Shown: in pieces, positions 30,412 through 40,172 of the stretch
Layout: every line of letters begins with the position of its first letter
Numbering within the stretch: position 1 is the first letter of the stretch
Source of the DNA: Shigella phage TB004
Sequence record: MW822011
Length of the DNA stretch: 64,000 nt
Strand: one strand, 5' to 3'
Program-made: the position numbers and the translations under genes
The notes under the pieces: generated by a model
What the model was told of the DNA's origin: nothing
Seen by the model: only the letters and a program-made list of their open reading frames with translations
The model's database searches: none

Positions 30412-30606
30412 ATGCTAACACGTGAACAGTTTGAAAAAATCATTAAATTAGCACGTGATGTTGAAATAGATTCATACCAATTGGCAGTTGAGCATTGTGA
30501 AGGATATTCATACGATGGTATAGAAGCGGCTAAAAAGGATTTGGATAAATCCAAAGCTAAGTTAGTTCAATATCTTGAAATGATTAGGTGGAATAATGAA
30601 AACTGA
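30412..30606 (+). CDS. small helical protein, paralog
   Basis: MLTREQFEKIIKLARDVE... Confidence 0.4.
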   Translation: MLTREQFEKIIKLARDVEIDSYQLAVEHCEGYSYDGIEAAKKDLDKSKAKLVQYLEMIRWNNEN

Positions 30607-30769
30607 AAAGCAGATGTTTTTAATGAAGCTAATTGAAGAATATGCTAATGCAGTTTCTGACTATGAGTATTCTTCTCGTGAAAGAGGTACAGCTTTCGCA
30701 AAGGAAGAAATGAAAATCATGGTTGATGCTCACACAAAGCTTCAGAATTTTATTGAAAACGTCATTTAA
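30596..30769 (+). CDS. small helical protein, paralog (57 aa, below ORF-track cutoff)
   Basis: MKTEKQMFLMKLIEEYANAV... read manually. Confidence 0.35.
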   Translation: MKTEKQMFLMKLIEEYANAVSDYEYSSRERGTAFAKEEMKIMVDAHTKLQNFIENVI

Positions 30770-30770
30770 T

Positions 30771-30802
30771 GGTTTACAAGTTGGCAAGGTTATGGTATAG
30801 TA
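30771..30802 (+). promoter_or_regulatory. T4-type early promoter
   Basis: GTTTAC ... TATGGTATAGT. Confidence 0.45.
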
Positions 30803-30933
30803 ATCTTGTCAACTGCCAAGGAGAAGAGAATGAAAATTTTGTTTGTTGTGTATGTGATGATTCAATATAATTACCCAATGTTTACTTATAATCTAGTGAA
30901 CAACATTATTGATATTATTCAAAGGAGTATGTA

Positions 30934-31119
30934 ATGACAAGTGAGCAGGCTTTTAAATTAAGAGAATTAATTGAGATGTATAGTAAAGCTGTTCATACAT
31001 CAACAGTTATTGATGAATCAGCTTTCTCTGGATATGCTAACAAGATTAAATACAAAACTCTTATGGAAGAAGCTAAAGTAAATCTTGATTCTTATATTGA
31101 AACTTTAACTGGTGAATAA
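30934..31119 (+). CDS. small helical protein, paralog
   Basis: MTSEQAFKLRELIEMYSKAV... Confidence 0.4.
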   Translation: MTSEQAFKLRELIEMYSKAVHTSTVIDESAFSGYANKIKYKTLMEEAKVNLDSYIETLTGE

Positions 31120-31120
31120 C

Positions 31121-31387
31121 ATGAGCTTTCCTAAATTAGAAGTAGGCGATTTAGTTTTAACAAAATTATGGAATGGTGTTCAATCAGTAGAAATCTGCCA
31201 ATATCGTGGAGCAACAGGTAATTTGATGTACACGATTTATAATCCAGAAATTTTGTTAGAGTGTCATTTGGAACGCTTTATAAAAGACACCGATAGTATG
31301 CCTTATAGTGTATCAATTGTACGTAAATCTGATACAAAGGAATATTCTAAAATTTTAGAACAAATTCGTGCCAATAAAAAGGATTAA
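31121..31387 (+). CDS. hypothetical protein (88 aa)
   Basis: ATG-initiated ORF. Confidence 0.4.
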   Translation: MSFPKLEVGDLVLTKLWNGVQSVEICQYRGATGNLMYTIYNPEILLECHLERFIKDTDSMPYSVSIVRKSDTKEYSKILEQIRANKKD

Positions 31388-31388
31388 T

Positions 31389-31922
31389 ATGAAACGATTA
31401 GTATTAGAAGTTAGTCCGCTTTTTGGTGAATTGGCTATAGAAAAAGTAAATAACATGTATCGTTTGACGCAAGAAGACGATATGCTATATTTTACGCCTA
31501 GTGAAATCATTCATTTAACCCAAATTGAATATCCTTATACTGATAAAATAGTAAGCATCAATGATGAGCACAAAATTCATTTTTATTCTTCATGCCCAGG
31601 ATTTAATATTAAAAGTGAGTCAATGTGTTTATCAGTTATCCATTGGGATAGTTTTATAGATAAGATTAAATATTTTTATTATTCTAATGAAAGAAAACAT
31701 AGTTTAAAATGGCTCAAAAATTGCAATGCTATTATTACTAACGCTTGCAATCAGAATGATGAAACTCTTTTAAATGTATCAAAATGTTATGAAGAAGGAG
31801 ATGTCTTAACTATTCGTCAAATTGACGATTTTCGATCACATATTGTCACATTTACCAAAGACGAAGCTATTGCGCTAAAGACTTATCTTGATTCTGTCAT
31901 TCCAACTATGATTTCAAAGTGA
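31389..31922 (+). CDS. hypothetical protein (177 aa), tandem paralog A
   Basis: C-terminus ...EAIALKTYLDSVIPTMISK. Confidence 0.45.
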   Translation: MKRLVLEVSPLFGELAIEKVNNMYRLTQEDDMLYFTPSEIIHLTQIEYPYTDKIVSINDEHKIHFYSSCPGFNIKSESMCLSVIHWDSFIDKIKYFYYSNERKHSLKWLKNCNAIITNACNQNDETLLNVSKCYEEGDVLTIRQIDDFRSHIVTFTKDEAIALKTYLDSVIPTMISK

Positions 31923-31928
31923 GGAAAT

Positions 31929-32450
31929 ATGTTTATTTCAAGTGAAAGTGGTTTAATTCGTGTTGAATTTAAAAATGACATCTTCCTTATTCAAGGAGAT
32001 GATATTATTAAAATGAGTTATGATGAAATCAAGAAAATTTGTCATGCTCTTGAAAGTCATGGAAAAGTAAATGCTACTATCAATATAGGTGATTTATGGG
32101 TGACACTTTATGAAGTATCCGAAGGATTTAACATTGAAGATGAAAACAACATCTTAGCTATTGATAAAAGAAGTGATTTGTTTGATGTATTAAAAGTTTA
32201 TGAACAGTCAAACGGTGGAAGAAAAGCTGTATTGATTTATCAAAAACCACATTCATGTGGAACTGCTTCAATCATTTCAAATATTGAAGATGAAACTGAT
32301 ACTTATATGTGTGTTTTAAAAGCTGGTGGTGACCATCATCCAGATTTTATTTCTATTCGTCAAAACAATGGAGAAATTTCATTATCAAAATCAGAAGCTG
32401 AAGCTATGATTAAGTATTTAACAACTGTTACACCTTCAATGAAAGGATAA
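31929..32450 (+). CDS. hypothetical protein (173 aa), tandem paralog B
   Basis: C-terminus ...EAEAMIKYLTTVTPSMKG. Confidence 0.45.
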   Translation: MFISSESGLIRVEFKNDIFLIQGDDIIKMSYDEIKKICHALESHGKVNATINIGDLWVTLYEVSEGFNIEDENNILAIDKRSDLFDVLKVYEQSNGGRKAVLIYQKPHSCGTASIISNIEDETDTYMCVLKAGGDHHPDFISIRQNNGEISLSKSEAEAMIKYLTTVTPSMKG

Positions 32451-32452
32451 TT

Positions 32453-32914
32453 ATGATTATTAATGAAAGCTCTTGGCACTATAAATTATTCAAAATGTTT
32501 AATGATGAATGGAAACGACCTAAGACATTGTGCGCGTATTTTTGGTCTATTGTCATTCCTACATTCTTCGCTTCTTTTTTCGGATGTACTATACTCGCAG
32601 GTCTAACTATCATCTGCGCAGAAATCATGCAGAAATGGCTTATTTTTGGTAGTTTATGGACTCTTATTCCATCAGCATTTATACTTGCTATTTTGCTTGT
32701 TTTACTTATTATTGGTTCATTTGTTATTCCTGCACAACTGCGTGAAAAATATAAAGATTATAAATGGAAAAAGGATTATGCTTTACATGTAGAAAATATT
32801 GATAGGGCGTATAAAGGTTTACCTCCTATTCAACCCAAGAAATCTATTATCGTCGAATTTTTAAAAACGCGTAAAGCTAAAGTATGTCCTGTTATTGAAT
32901 ATAAGGTTGAATAA
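32453..32914 (+). CDS. predicted membrane protein (153 aa)
   Basis: Several hydrophobic helices. Confidence 0.45.
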   Translation: MIINESSWHYKLFKMFNDEWKRPKTLCAYFWSIVIPTFFASFFGCTILAGLTIICAEIMQKWLIFGSLWTLIPSAFILAILLVLLIIGSFVIPAQLREKYKDYKWKKDYALHVENIDRAYKGLPPIQPKKSIIVEFLKTRKAKVCPVIEYKVE

Positions 32915-33924
32915 TGAAAACTGTAGTTAAGTCTTATTTTGGTAGTCATCTTTATGGAACTTCTACTCCAGAATCTGATGTAGATTTTAAAGAAATCTTT
33001 GTTCCTCCTGCTCGTGATATTCTTATTGGAAATGTTAAAGAGCATATGAGCAAAAACACTAACAACACATCATCTAAAAATACTAAAGATGATATTGACC
33101 ATGAACTATACAGTCTTAAGTATTTCTTTAAATTAGCAGAAGATGGTGAAACCGTAGCATTGGATATGCTCCACACTCCACCTGAACTGGTAGTTAAATC
33201 TGATTTGCCTGATGTATGGAAGTTTATTCAAGACAATCGTTCTCGTTTTTATACGACTAACATGAAATCCTATTTAGGATATGTCCGCAAGCAAGCTTCT
33301 AAATATGGTGTTAAGGGTTCTCGTTTGGCCGCATTGCGTGATGTATTGAAAGTAGTTAATCAAATCCCCGATCAGTGGGTTGATTACCGAGAAGACGGTT
33401 CCATTAAGCAGCGCCGCACTAAAGTTGAAGATATTAAGCATCGTCTTCCAGAAAACGAGTTCTGTGAATGGGTGTTTCATAATCATGAGAAAACAGGCCC
33501 GCAAACGTTCTACACTGTGTTGGGTCGTAAATATCAGACAACACTTTCTCTTATTGAGCTTAAGCAGTCTTTGAATAAACTTGATGCCGAATACGGTGAA
33601 CGTGCTCGTAAGGCTGAAGCGAATGAGGGCATTGACTGGAAAGCTCTGAGTCATGCTTGTCGTGGTGGACTCCAATTGTTGGAAATTTACAAAACTGGTG
33701 ACTTGGTCTATCCACTTCAAGATGCTCCATTTATTCTCGACGTGAAGCTGGGTAAGCATCCATTTAAAACTGTTCAAGAGTTTTTGGAAGATGTGGTCGA
33801 TCAAGTAGAAGCAGCATCCATTGAAGCTTCTAAGAACGGTATGCAGCAAAAAGTAGACATGGGTTTCTGGGATGACTTCCTTGAGAGGGTTTATCTTGAA
33901 AACCATCGAAGTTATTATAAATGA
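32914..33924 (+). CDS. predicted polymerase-beta-superfamily nucleotidyltransferase (336 aa)
   Basis: N-terminal GSHLYGTSTPESDVDF (G-S-x9-D-x-D) and downstream acidic VALDML, the minimal NTase signature. Confidence 0.55.
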   Translation: MKTVVKSYFGSHLYGTSTPESDVDFKEIFVPPARDILIGNVKEHMSKNTNNTSSKNTKDDIDHELYSLKYFFKLAEDGETVALDMLHTPPELVVKSDLPDVWKFIQDNRSRFYTTNMKSYLGYVRKQASKYGVKGSRLAALRDVLKVVNQIPDQWVDYREDGSIKQRRTKVEDIKHRLPENEFCEWVFHNHEKTGPQTFYTVLGRKYQTTLSLIELKQSLNKLDAEYGERARKAEANEGIDWKALSHACRGGLQLLEIYKTGDLVYPLQDAPFILDVKLGKHPFKTVQEFLEDVVDQVEAASIEASKNGMQQKVDMGFWDDFLERVYLENHRSYYK

Positions 33925-33926
33925 TA

Positions 33927-33951
33927 GGGAGCCTTCGGGCTCCCTTTTTTT
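33927..33951 (+). terminator. rho-independent terminator (GGGAGCC-TTCG-GGCTCCC + T7)
   Basis: 7-bp GC-rich stem, UUCG loop, T-run. Confidence 0.65.
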
Positions 33952-34005
33952 ATTTCTTATGGTACTATACAACTATCAACTACTGATACAGATTTGGAGA
34001 ATAAA

Positions 34006-34974
34006 ATGAAAACTGTAACTATCAATAAGGGTATCTACTTCGGTAAAGAAATCTCTGGAACTTTTGAGCTCTTAGGCGAATGGTTCCCAGATAATGCTCC
34101 GGTAGATGCACAAGGAGATGGTAAAGTTTTTGTTGAAATTGACGGTAAACGTCGCGGTGTTTGGGTTTACAAATCAGATATTTCATATGATGGTGTAAAA
34201 GTTGAAGAAGTTAAAGAATCGTATGAAGATATGAAAATCCGCATTAATAAAAGATTTAATGTTATGGGAATGATGACGAATGGTATTATTAACGGAAATA
34301 TTCGTTCATTAATTATCTCTGGCGCAGCAGGTATTGGTAAAACGTATTCTTTAGATAAAGCTTTAAATAAAGCAAATGATAATGAATACATTGAATATAA
34401 AAGCATTAATGGTAAAATCTCTGGTATTGGTCTTTATGAGCAGCTTTGGAATAATCGTGAAGAGAATTCTGTCCTTTTGATTGATGATGTGGATGTTTTC
34501 TCTGATATGGACATTCTTAATCTTCTAAAAGCTGCTCTGGACACTGGAGAGACCCGTAAAGTCTGCTGGAGCACTGCATCTTCTTACTTAGAAGAAAAAG
34601 GCATTGACCGTGAGTTTGAATTTAAAGGAACGATTGTTTTTATCACAAACGTTGACATTGACCGCGAATTAGACCGTGGTACTAAACTTGCCCCACACTT
34701 ACAAGCATTAGTGTCCCGCTCGGTTTATTTGGATTTGGGTGTTCACACTAATGAAGAAATTATGGTCAGGGTTGAAGATGTTATTCTTTCAACTGACATG
34801 ATGCAAAAGCGCGGTCTTTCTGATGAAGAAACTTATAAAGCATTATCATGGATGAAAGTTAATGTTAATCGTTTACGTAATGTTTCACTGCGTACTGCAC
34901 TTTATCTTGCTGACTTTATTATGACCGACAAAAACCATTGGGAAGAAATTGCTGAAACGGTATTATTAAAATGA
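34006..34974 (+). CDS. P-loop ATPase (322 aa)
   Basis: Walker A SGAAGIGKT, Walker B VLLIDDVD; same GGAGAATAAAATG leader as the ip cassettes. Confidence 0.55.
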   Translation: MKTVTINKGIYFGKEISGTFELLGEWFPDNAPVDAQGDGKVFVEIDGKRRGVWVYKSDISYDGVKVEEVKESYEDMKIRINKRFNVMGMMTNGIINGNIRSLIISGAAGIGKTYSLDKALNKANDNEYIEYKSINGKISGIGLYEQLWNNREENSVLLIDDVDVFSDMDILNLLKAALDTGETRKVCWSTASSYLEEKGIDREFEFKGTIVFITNVDIDRELDRGTKLAPHLQALVSRSVYLDLGVHTNEEIMVRVEDVILSTDMMQKRGLSDEETYKALSWMKVNVNRLRNVSLRTALYLADFIMTDKNHWEEIAETVLLK

Positions 34975-35690
34975 AAAAATATTTTACTATCTATAAAACT
35001 GAAATATTAAATTTAAAGACAGGTATTAAGAAATACTATTATGGTCGACATATAACTAATAACATCAATGATTCGTATGTTGGTAGTGGAAATTATATAG
35101 AACGTGTAAAAGTGTCAAATAACCACATATTATCAAAAACGGTTTTAGAAGTTTTTGATAATTATGATAAAATGGTACAAGCTGAAATATTATATATCAT
35201 GGCAGGTAAATTGAAATATGGAAAAAACTGTGTTAACCTGTCATACGGGGGTGAAGGAGGAAAGGTTGCAGATGAAACTAGGATAAAATGCAAAAAGCAT
35301 TCTATAAATTTATGGAAAAATCCTAATCATATACAGCATATGAAGAAAAAGATGAAAGAGGTCACATCCACGCCGGAAGCTAAATTAAACACTTCAATAA
35401 AAACTTCGCAACGATATAAGGACCCAGTTTTTGTTAGAAAAGTTAGTAATATTATTAAAAAGAAACTAAGCAATCCTGTAGTAAAAGAAAAGCATATTAA
35501 TGGAATTAAAGCTGCAAAGCGTTCTCATTTAACTATATGGCAGTATGAAGATGAATTATTCGAGCTTTGGAAAGAAACTAAATATGGATGGAGAAAATTT
35601 ACAAAGGAAGCTATAAAACACGGGTATCCAAATGAACCGTATCGTAGTATGGTATCAACTTTTCAGAAAAGACATTTAGAAGAATCCTAA
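34971..35690 (+). CDS. GIY-YIG-type (Seg-like) homing endonuclease candidate
   Basis: N-terminal TIYKTEILNLKTGIKKYYYGRH...YVGSGNY resembling the GIY...YIG motif; basic C-terminal region. Confidence 0.55.
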   Translation: MKKYFTIYKTEILNLKTGIKKYYYGRHITNNINDSYVGSGNYIERVKVSNNHILSKTVLEVFDNYDKMVQAEILYIMAGKLKYGKNCVNLSYGGEGGKVADETRIKCKKHSINLWKNPNHIQHMKKKMKEVTSTPEAKLNTSIKTSQRYKDPVFVRKVSNIIKKKLSNPVVKEKHINGIKAAKRSHLTIWQYEDELFELWKETKYGWRKFTKEAIKHGYPNEPYRSMVSTFQKRHLEES

Positions 35691-35769
35691 GACAAAAAGG
35701 CAGTTCAGAAATAGATTATATGGACTGCCATCAAAAAGATGACTAGAATTAAACTGGTAAACGGAGGTA

Positions 35770-36075
35770 GTGATGTTATACTCAAAGGCTCGTGAAATTT
35801 ACGAAACTAAGATTAAAGAAGCTGTATTTCAGTTCGCAACGACAATGCGATGGACAAATGATTGGGAGTATTCAAAAAATCATAAGAAGCCCATGGTGAC
35901 AAGAAAGGCTCATATGTTAGTGTTAATAGACCGTGAGCAGATTAAAGCCCGAGAAGCCCTCCAGAATCATAAAAAGGCTGCCTTTGAATGGTTTATGGAT
36001 AACACTGCTCCTAAGACTAAGAAAGCAGTGAGCGCATGGTTCAGTGGAAAAAATTGTGAAAGAAGTTTCTTTTAG
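35770..36075 (+). CDS. hypothetical protein (101 aa)
   Basis: ORF. Confidence 0.4.
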   Translation: MMLYSKAREIYETKIKEAVFQFATTMRWTNDWEYSKNHKKPMVTRKAHMLVLIDREQIKAREALQNHKKAAFEWFMDNTAPKTKKAVSAWFSGKNCERSFF

Positions 36076-36110
36076 TGGTTTACAAGACTGTTCCTCTGTG
36101 GTACTATACA
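36076..36110 (+). promoter_or_regulatory. T4-type early promoter with conserved leader GGTACTATACAACTATCAACTAC
   Basis: GTTTAC ... TGTGGTACTAT; leader shared with copies near 33958 and 62436. Confidence 0.5.
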
Positions 36111-36135
36111 ACTATCAACTACGGAGGAACAGAAA

Positions 36136-36663
36136 ATGAACGCTAAAGATATTTTCAACTTGGTAAATTACAACGATGGTAAATTTAAATCTGAAGCACA
36201 AAGCAAGTTCTTTAACGACATCTCAATCGGAGGTGAAATCACTGTTGATGGAGGACAAATTTACAAATCCCGTTGGAATTGGATCGTTATTATTGATGAG
36301 ATTGGTATTGTAGAAATTTACAAAAATACGAATAAAAATCGTACATTACACTGGTCTCGTGATACTAACGAACAGTACAAAAAGAATAAAGCATCTAAAT
36401 TATCTCGTGTAACTCAAGAAGATATTGAGTTCATCAAGAAAGATATTTTAATGTATGATAACTTAATTGCTGAAGAGCAAGCTGTTATTGATAAATTTGA
36501 TGAGATTAAAGCTTCTCGTGAAATTCCTGATTTTATGAAAGAATCAGTAAATGAACGATACACTCTCATTTCAGAGCGTATTGAAACTTACAAAAAGCAA
36601 AGAGCTGAACGCCAAAATACTCTTCGGAAGTTTGAAGAACGGTTAAAGACGGTACTCGCATAA
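36136..36663 (+). CDS. hypothetical protein (175 aa)
   Basis: ATG-initiated ORF. Confidence 0.45.
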   Translation: MNAKDIFNLVNYNDGKFKSEAQSKFFNDISIGGEITVDGGQIYKSRWNWIVIIDEIGIVEIYKNTNKNRTLHWSRDTNEQYKKNKASKLSRVTQEDIEFIKKDILMYDNLIAEEQAVIDKFDEIKASREIPDFMKESVNERYTLISERIETYKKQRAERQNTLRKFEERLKTVLA

Positions 36664-36718
36664 CCGCTTTATACCAAGGATGGTATAATGGTTCTAAGCC
36701 CTTTTAATTGAGATTATT

Positions 36719-37126
36719 ATGAAACAGTTGATAATTAAAAGATTGAATTTATTGATATGTTGTTTATGTGTAGTAGTTGCATACGGTTATTACGCAATTA
36801 ATGATTATATGCATTATAAAGATTATGATGTTACTGTAGTTAATACCATTACAGGAACACAAGGAAAAGGGTCTAGTTTATCGTTTATTGCCGTATATGA
36901 ACTCAAAGACGGTTATAGATTTAGTGAATATATTTCCCCAGAGATGTATTCTTCAATAGAAAAAGGTGATAATATTACTGTAAGTTTACGTCCTTTCGAC
37001 GTAAAACAGACACTGTTTGATAATATTGTTTGGTTCTTTGGAATGGTATTAGTTCAATCTGTGCGTGGTGCTTATGTAGTCTGTTCAATCATATTCTGTG
37101 TATTTAGCAAAATTGAAATTGAGTGA
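36719..37126 (+). CDS. predicted membrane protein (135 aa)
   Basis: N- and C-terminal hydrophobic helices. Confidence 0.45.
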   Translation: MKQLIIKRLNLLICCLCVVVAYGYYAINDYMHYKDYDVTVVNTITGTQGKGSSLSFIAVYELKDGYRFSEYISPEMYSSIEKGDNITVSLRPFDVKQTLFDNIVWFFGMVLVQSVRGAYVVCSIIFCVFSKIEIE

Positions 37127-37133
37127 GGAAAAT

Positions 37134-38024
37134 ATGTCAGTAGTAATTAATAATGTCAATGCAGTAATTAAATCTTTAGTTAATAAAAAAATGATGAATG
37201 AATGGACTGTATTTCGCAGTGCAGAGCCAGATAAATTTTTTCATAGATTTAACCCAACTTTGGATTTGAATGTTATCGACAAAGATGTTCATGCAGAAAT
37301 TTTAGATAAGTTTAAAGTTGATATTGGATTTGGATTAGAAAAACATCTACAGCGAACAAATGGGTCTGGAATGAGTTTATCTAATCGCATTATGAAAGCC
37401 CTTAATAAAATTGGAGCGTTGTCTCGTATTAATGCGAGTGAAATTCTTCGTAATTATAATAAAGGATATGACCTTTATGGTCGACTAATGCCAAAATTAT
37501 CATTCGATCAAATGATTGCGGATTTGTGGGAAAATCAACGACGATTATTAGCATTGGGCGCTCGATTAGCTAAAGGTCTAGATAAACAAATGATTTTTAA
37601 GACCAATAACACAGAAGACCTTAAATGCTTTAAATTTAGTATTCGTGGAGATGATTATTACATCAGAGCTCACTCTACAGATTATGTTAATATGGGGCAT
37701 CATCTCTGTTTAGCTTTTGAAGTTTTAAAAGAAGCTGGAACATTAGAATATTCATCTGGTGCAAAATGCCCTATTGGTTCAAGTTGTATTTTAATTTATC
37801 GCCCGAATGAATCCAGTTCAACTACATTGCCTACAAAACCTGTACCAGTTCGTAGTAACGAAAAACATTCTGAACAAATTGATTATTTTAATAAACAGAT
37901 TGAAGAGCTGAATATTTCTATTCAACAATATGATGATGAAATTTTCAGACTATCTGGATTGAGTAGTAAAGCTAAATCTGAGCGTGAAAAGTTAATTAAA
38001 ATTGTTGATTTACTTAAATCTTAA
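37134..38024 (+). CDS. coiled-coil-tailed protein, paralog 1 of 4 (296 aa)
   Basis: Internal ALGARLAKGLD motif and C-terminal heptad-rich tail. Confidence 0.5.
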   Translation: MSVVINNVNAVIKSLVNKKMMNEWTVFRSAEPDKFFHRFNPTLDLNVIDKDVHAEILDKFKVDIGFGLEKHLQRTNGSGMSLSNRIMKALNKIGALSRINASEILRNYNKGYDLYGRLMPKLSFDQMIADLWENQRRLLALGARLAKGLDKQMIFKTNNTEDLKCFKFSIRGDDYYIRAHSTDYVNMGHHLCLAFEVLKEAGTLEYSSGAKCPIGSSCILIYRPNESSSTTLPTKPVPVRSNEKHSEQIDYFNKQIEELNISIQQYDDEIFRLSGLSSKAKSEREKLIKIVDLLKS

Positions 38025-38032
38025 GGAACACC

Positions 38033-39061
38033 ATGAAAACTCGTTCTCAAATTGAAGATATGGTTCGTAATGCCAGCTATACTCGTGATGTTATGACATT
38101 TTTATGTGAAAATAATTTAGACCCTGATAAAGTTAATCGTGTTATTCATCACTTTAAGTATACGAATAGCAGTGAATGGATGCGTAATTTTAGTAAAGCG
38201 GGGTATATTACACAAATGACTGCTCGTGAGCAGCTCACCGATTTCTGTAAAACTATTGATTATAAAAATCCTCTATTTGTTCAAGGCGTTGGTCAAAGTA
38301 AGGTCGATTTATCATCTGGATTTTTCAATCCAAATCATTATCGTATTGAATGGAGATTTATTGCTCTGTTCCGTAGACAATTAAAGCAAATTTTATCAAC
38401 TGCGAGTCGATTAAAAGGTTCTGATATTAACTTAAAGAATCTGAAATTTGATGGTTATACTCTTCAGATGGAAGTAAGACCATTAAAAGAAAATAATAGA
38501 ACTGCACGAATTAGCTTTAAACCTAACACAAAAAATTCTCTTTCAATTTGCGAGTGCCTTAAATCGCAGTTGACAGAAGCATTTAAGTATATGGACGTTG
38601 TTGCCGCTGTTCAGTCTAAGATTTTACCTCGTTTTGAGCGATTTAAATTAGACACAACAACATATGAACTTGATATGATCGTTTCATTTAAATACGATTT
38701 TTTGAGAAAGGACGAAGTCCCACAAGAGAAAAAGCAAGAAGTACAAGATAACTTAAATTTAAATTTATCCAATTACTCATCAAACGATCCTAAATTTTGG
38801 ATGTATAGGTCAAGCAATATAGATGCATGTAAACTTAATAAAGTGAGTTTTCTTCCTACTGAAAATTCAAATTTTAAACCTGTAGAAAAATGGCACGCTG
38901 ACGCGATTGAGAAGTCTCTTAAGGCAGTAGATGATGAACTCGTTAAAGCGACCAATGAAGTGCTAGAAGCTGAAAAGGTGTTAGAACAAGCTCAGTCAAG
39001 GGTTCAAAATCTGACAAAGCAACGTTCTAAACTGAACAATGCACTAAATGCACTGAACTAG
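38033..39061 (+). CDS. coiled-coil-tailed protein, paralog 2 of 4 (342 aa)
   Basis: Internal STASRLKGSD motif and C-terminal coiled coil. Confidence 0.5.
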   Translation: MKTRSQIEDMVRNASYTRDVMTFLCENNLDPDKVNRVIHHFKYTNSSEWMRNFSKAGYITQMTAREQLTDFCKTIDYKNPLFVQGVGQSKVDLSSGFFNPNHYRIEWRFIALFRRQLKQILSTASRLKGSDINLKNLKFDGYTLQMEVRPLKENNRTARISFKPNTKNSLSICECLKSQLTEAFKYMDVVAAVQSKILPRFERFKLDTTTYELDMIVSFKYDFLRKDEVPQEKKQEVQDNLNLNLSNYSSNDPKFWMYRSSNIDACKLNKVSFLPTENSNFKPVEKWHADAIEKSLKAVDDELVKATNEVLEAEKVLEQAQSRVQNLTKQRSKLNNALNALN

Positions 39062-39090
39062 TTTACTTTGCCACAAGGATGTGGTATAAT
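39061..39090 (+). promoter_or_regulatory. T4-type early promoter
   Basis: GTTTAC ... TGTGGTATAAT. Confidence 0.5.
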
Positions 39091-39118
39091 GTTCTTACTT
39101 TCTACTGAGGAGATTAAT

Positions 39119-40120
39119 ATGACTCGTAACGAATATATCAAATCATTCAATAGTGTTATTGATGATAAAGCTATACCGATGTTTGGTCAAAATAGCGTTA
39201 TTTCTATTATCAATCAATGGCTCAATAGTGTTGATGCAGGTATTGTTTCTTCTACTAAATTTATTCATGAAATTCGTAAAATTTCTAGTCGTGTAGATAA
39301 AGATGTTATCAAGAAAACCTTTAAAGAGTCTCGTCTTCTTTCATATTTGGTTAATCGTGATATTCTTGGTAATTTTGGGAAAGAAATTAAACGAACCAAA
39401 GATGTAGTAGGATATAATTGGTTCGGTGATGTTAATTCTTATCATCTTAATAATAAAGAAGACCCTGAGAATATTTTTACTCGTCGTTGGATTAGTAATT
39501 TCAGACTTTTCAAAGGACAGATTCTAAAATCAGCTTCTAAATTATGTTATGGCGATTATCGTCAAATTCATCCCTTAGCTGATGATATGATTATCATAAA
39601 AGAATATGAACTTGATAAAAATAAAGTATCTATTTTTGTGAATTATGGATTTTTTACACCAGAAACTAACCAAAAGAACATTAATAAATTTTTCTCAATT
39701 GCTAGCACTATAACTCGTCAATTAGAAACCGCATTACTTTGTATGGAAACAGTAGAAAATATTCATACGTATCCTTTTAAGAATATATGCGGTTGGGAAG
39801 GATATAAAATTGTAGTTAGTCTTCGTGAAGTGAAATGTGCGTACTCACCGACTGATAAAGAAATTTACCAACAAAAATGTGATGAAATTGTGAATACTCC
39901 TAAAGAAGAAATTACACTTGAGGAACTAATGGATAATCTTGATGATTCGCCTGAACCTGTAGAAATTCGTCCAGAAGTTATTGCACTAGAAAAGGCTTAT
40001 AAAGAAGTTCTAGAAATTTCTAATAAAGCGCAGAAAGAATATGAGCAGGCTAAAAGGATTTGGGAAGAATCTGTTAATCGCCTGGATCGTCTTGAACAAG
40101 CTTTACAGTTAATTAAGTAA
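39119..40120 (+). CDS. coiled-coil-tailed protein, paralog 3 of 4 (333 aa)
   Basis: Internal SASKLCYGD motif and C-terminal coiled coil. Confidence 0.5.
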   Translation: MTRNEYIKSFNSVIDDKAIPMFGQNSVISIINQWLNSVDAGIVSSTKFIHEIRKISSRVDKDVIKKTFKESRLLSYLVNRDILGNFGKEIKRTKDVVGYNWFGDVNSYHLNNKEDPENIFTRRWISNFRLFKGQILKSASKLCYGDYRQIHPLADDMIIIKEYELDKNKVSIFVNYGFFTPETNQKNINKFFSIASTITRQLETALLCMETVENIHTYPFKNICGWEGYKIVVSLREVKCAYSPTDKEIYQQKCDEIVNTPKEEITLEELMDNLDDSPEPVEIRPEVIALEKAYKEVLEISNKAQKEYEQAKRIWEESVNRLDRLEQALQLIK

Positions 40121-40172
40121 TTTAAAGCCAAGGATGGCTCGGAGTATAAATCATTAACCAAGTGAGAAGAAC

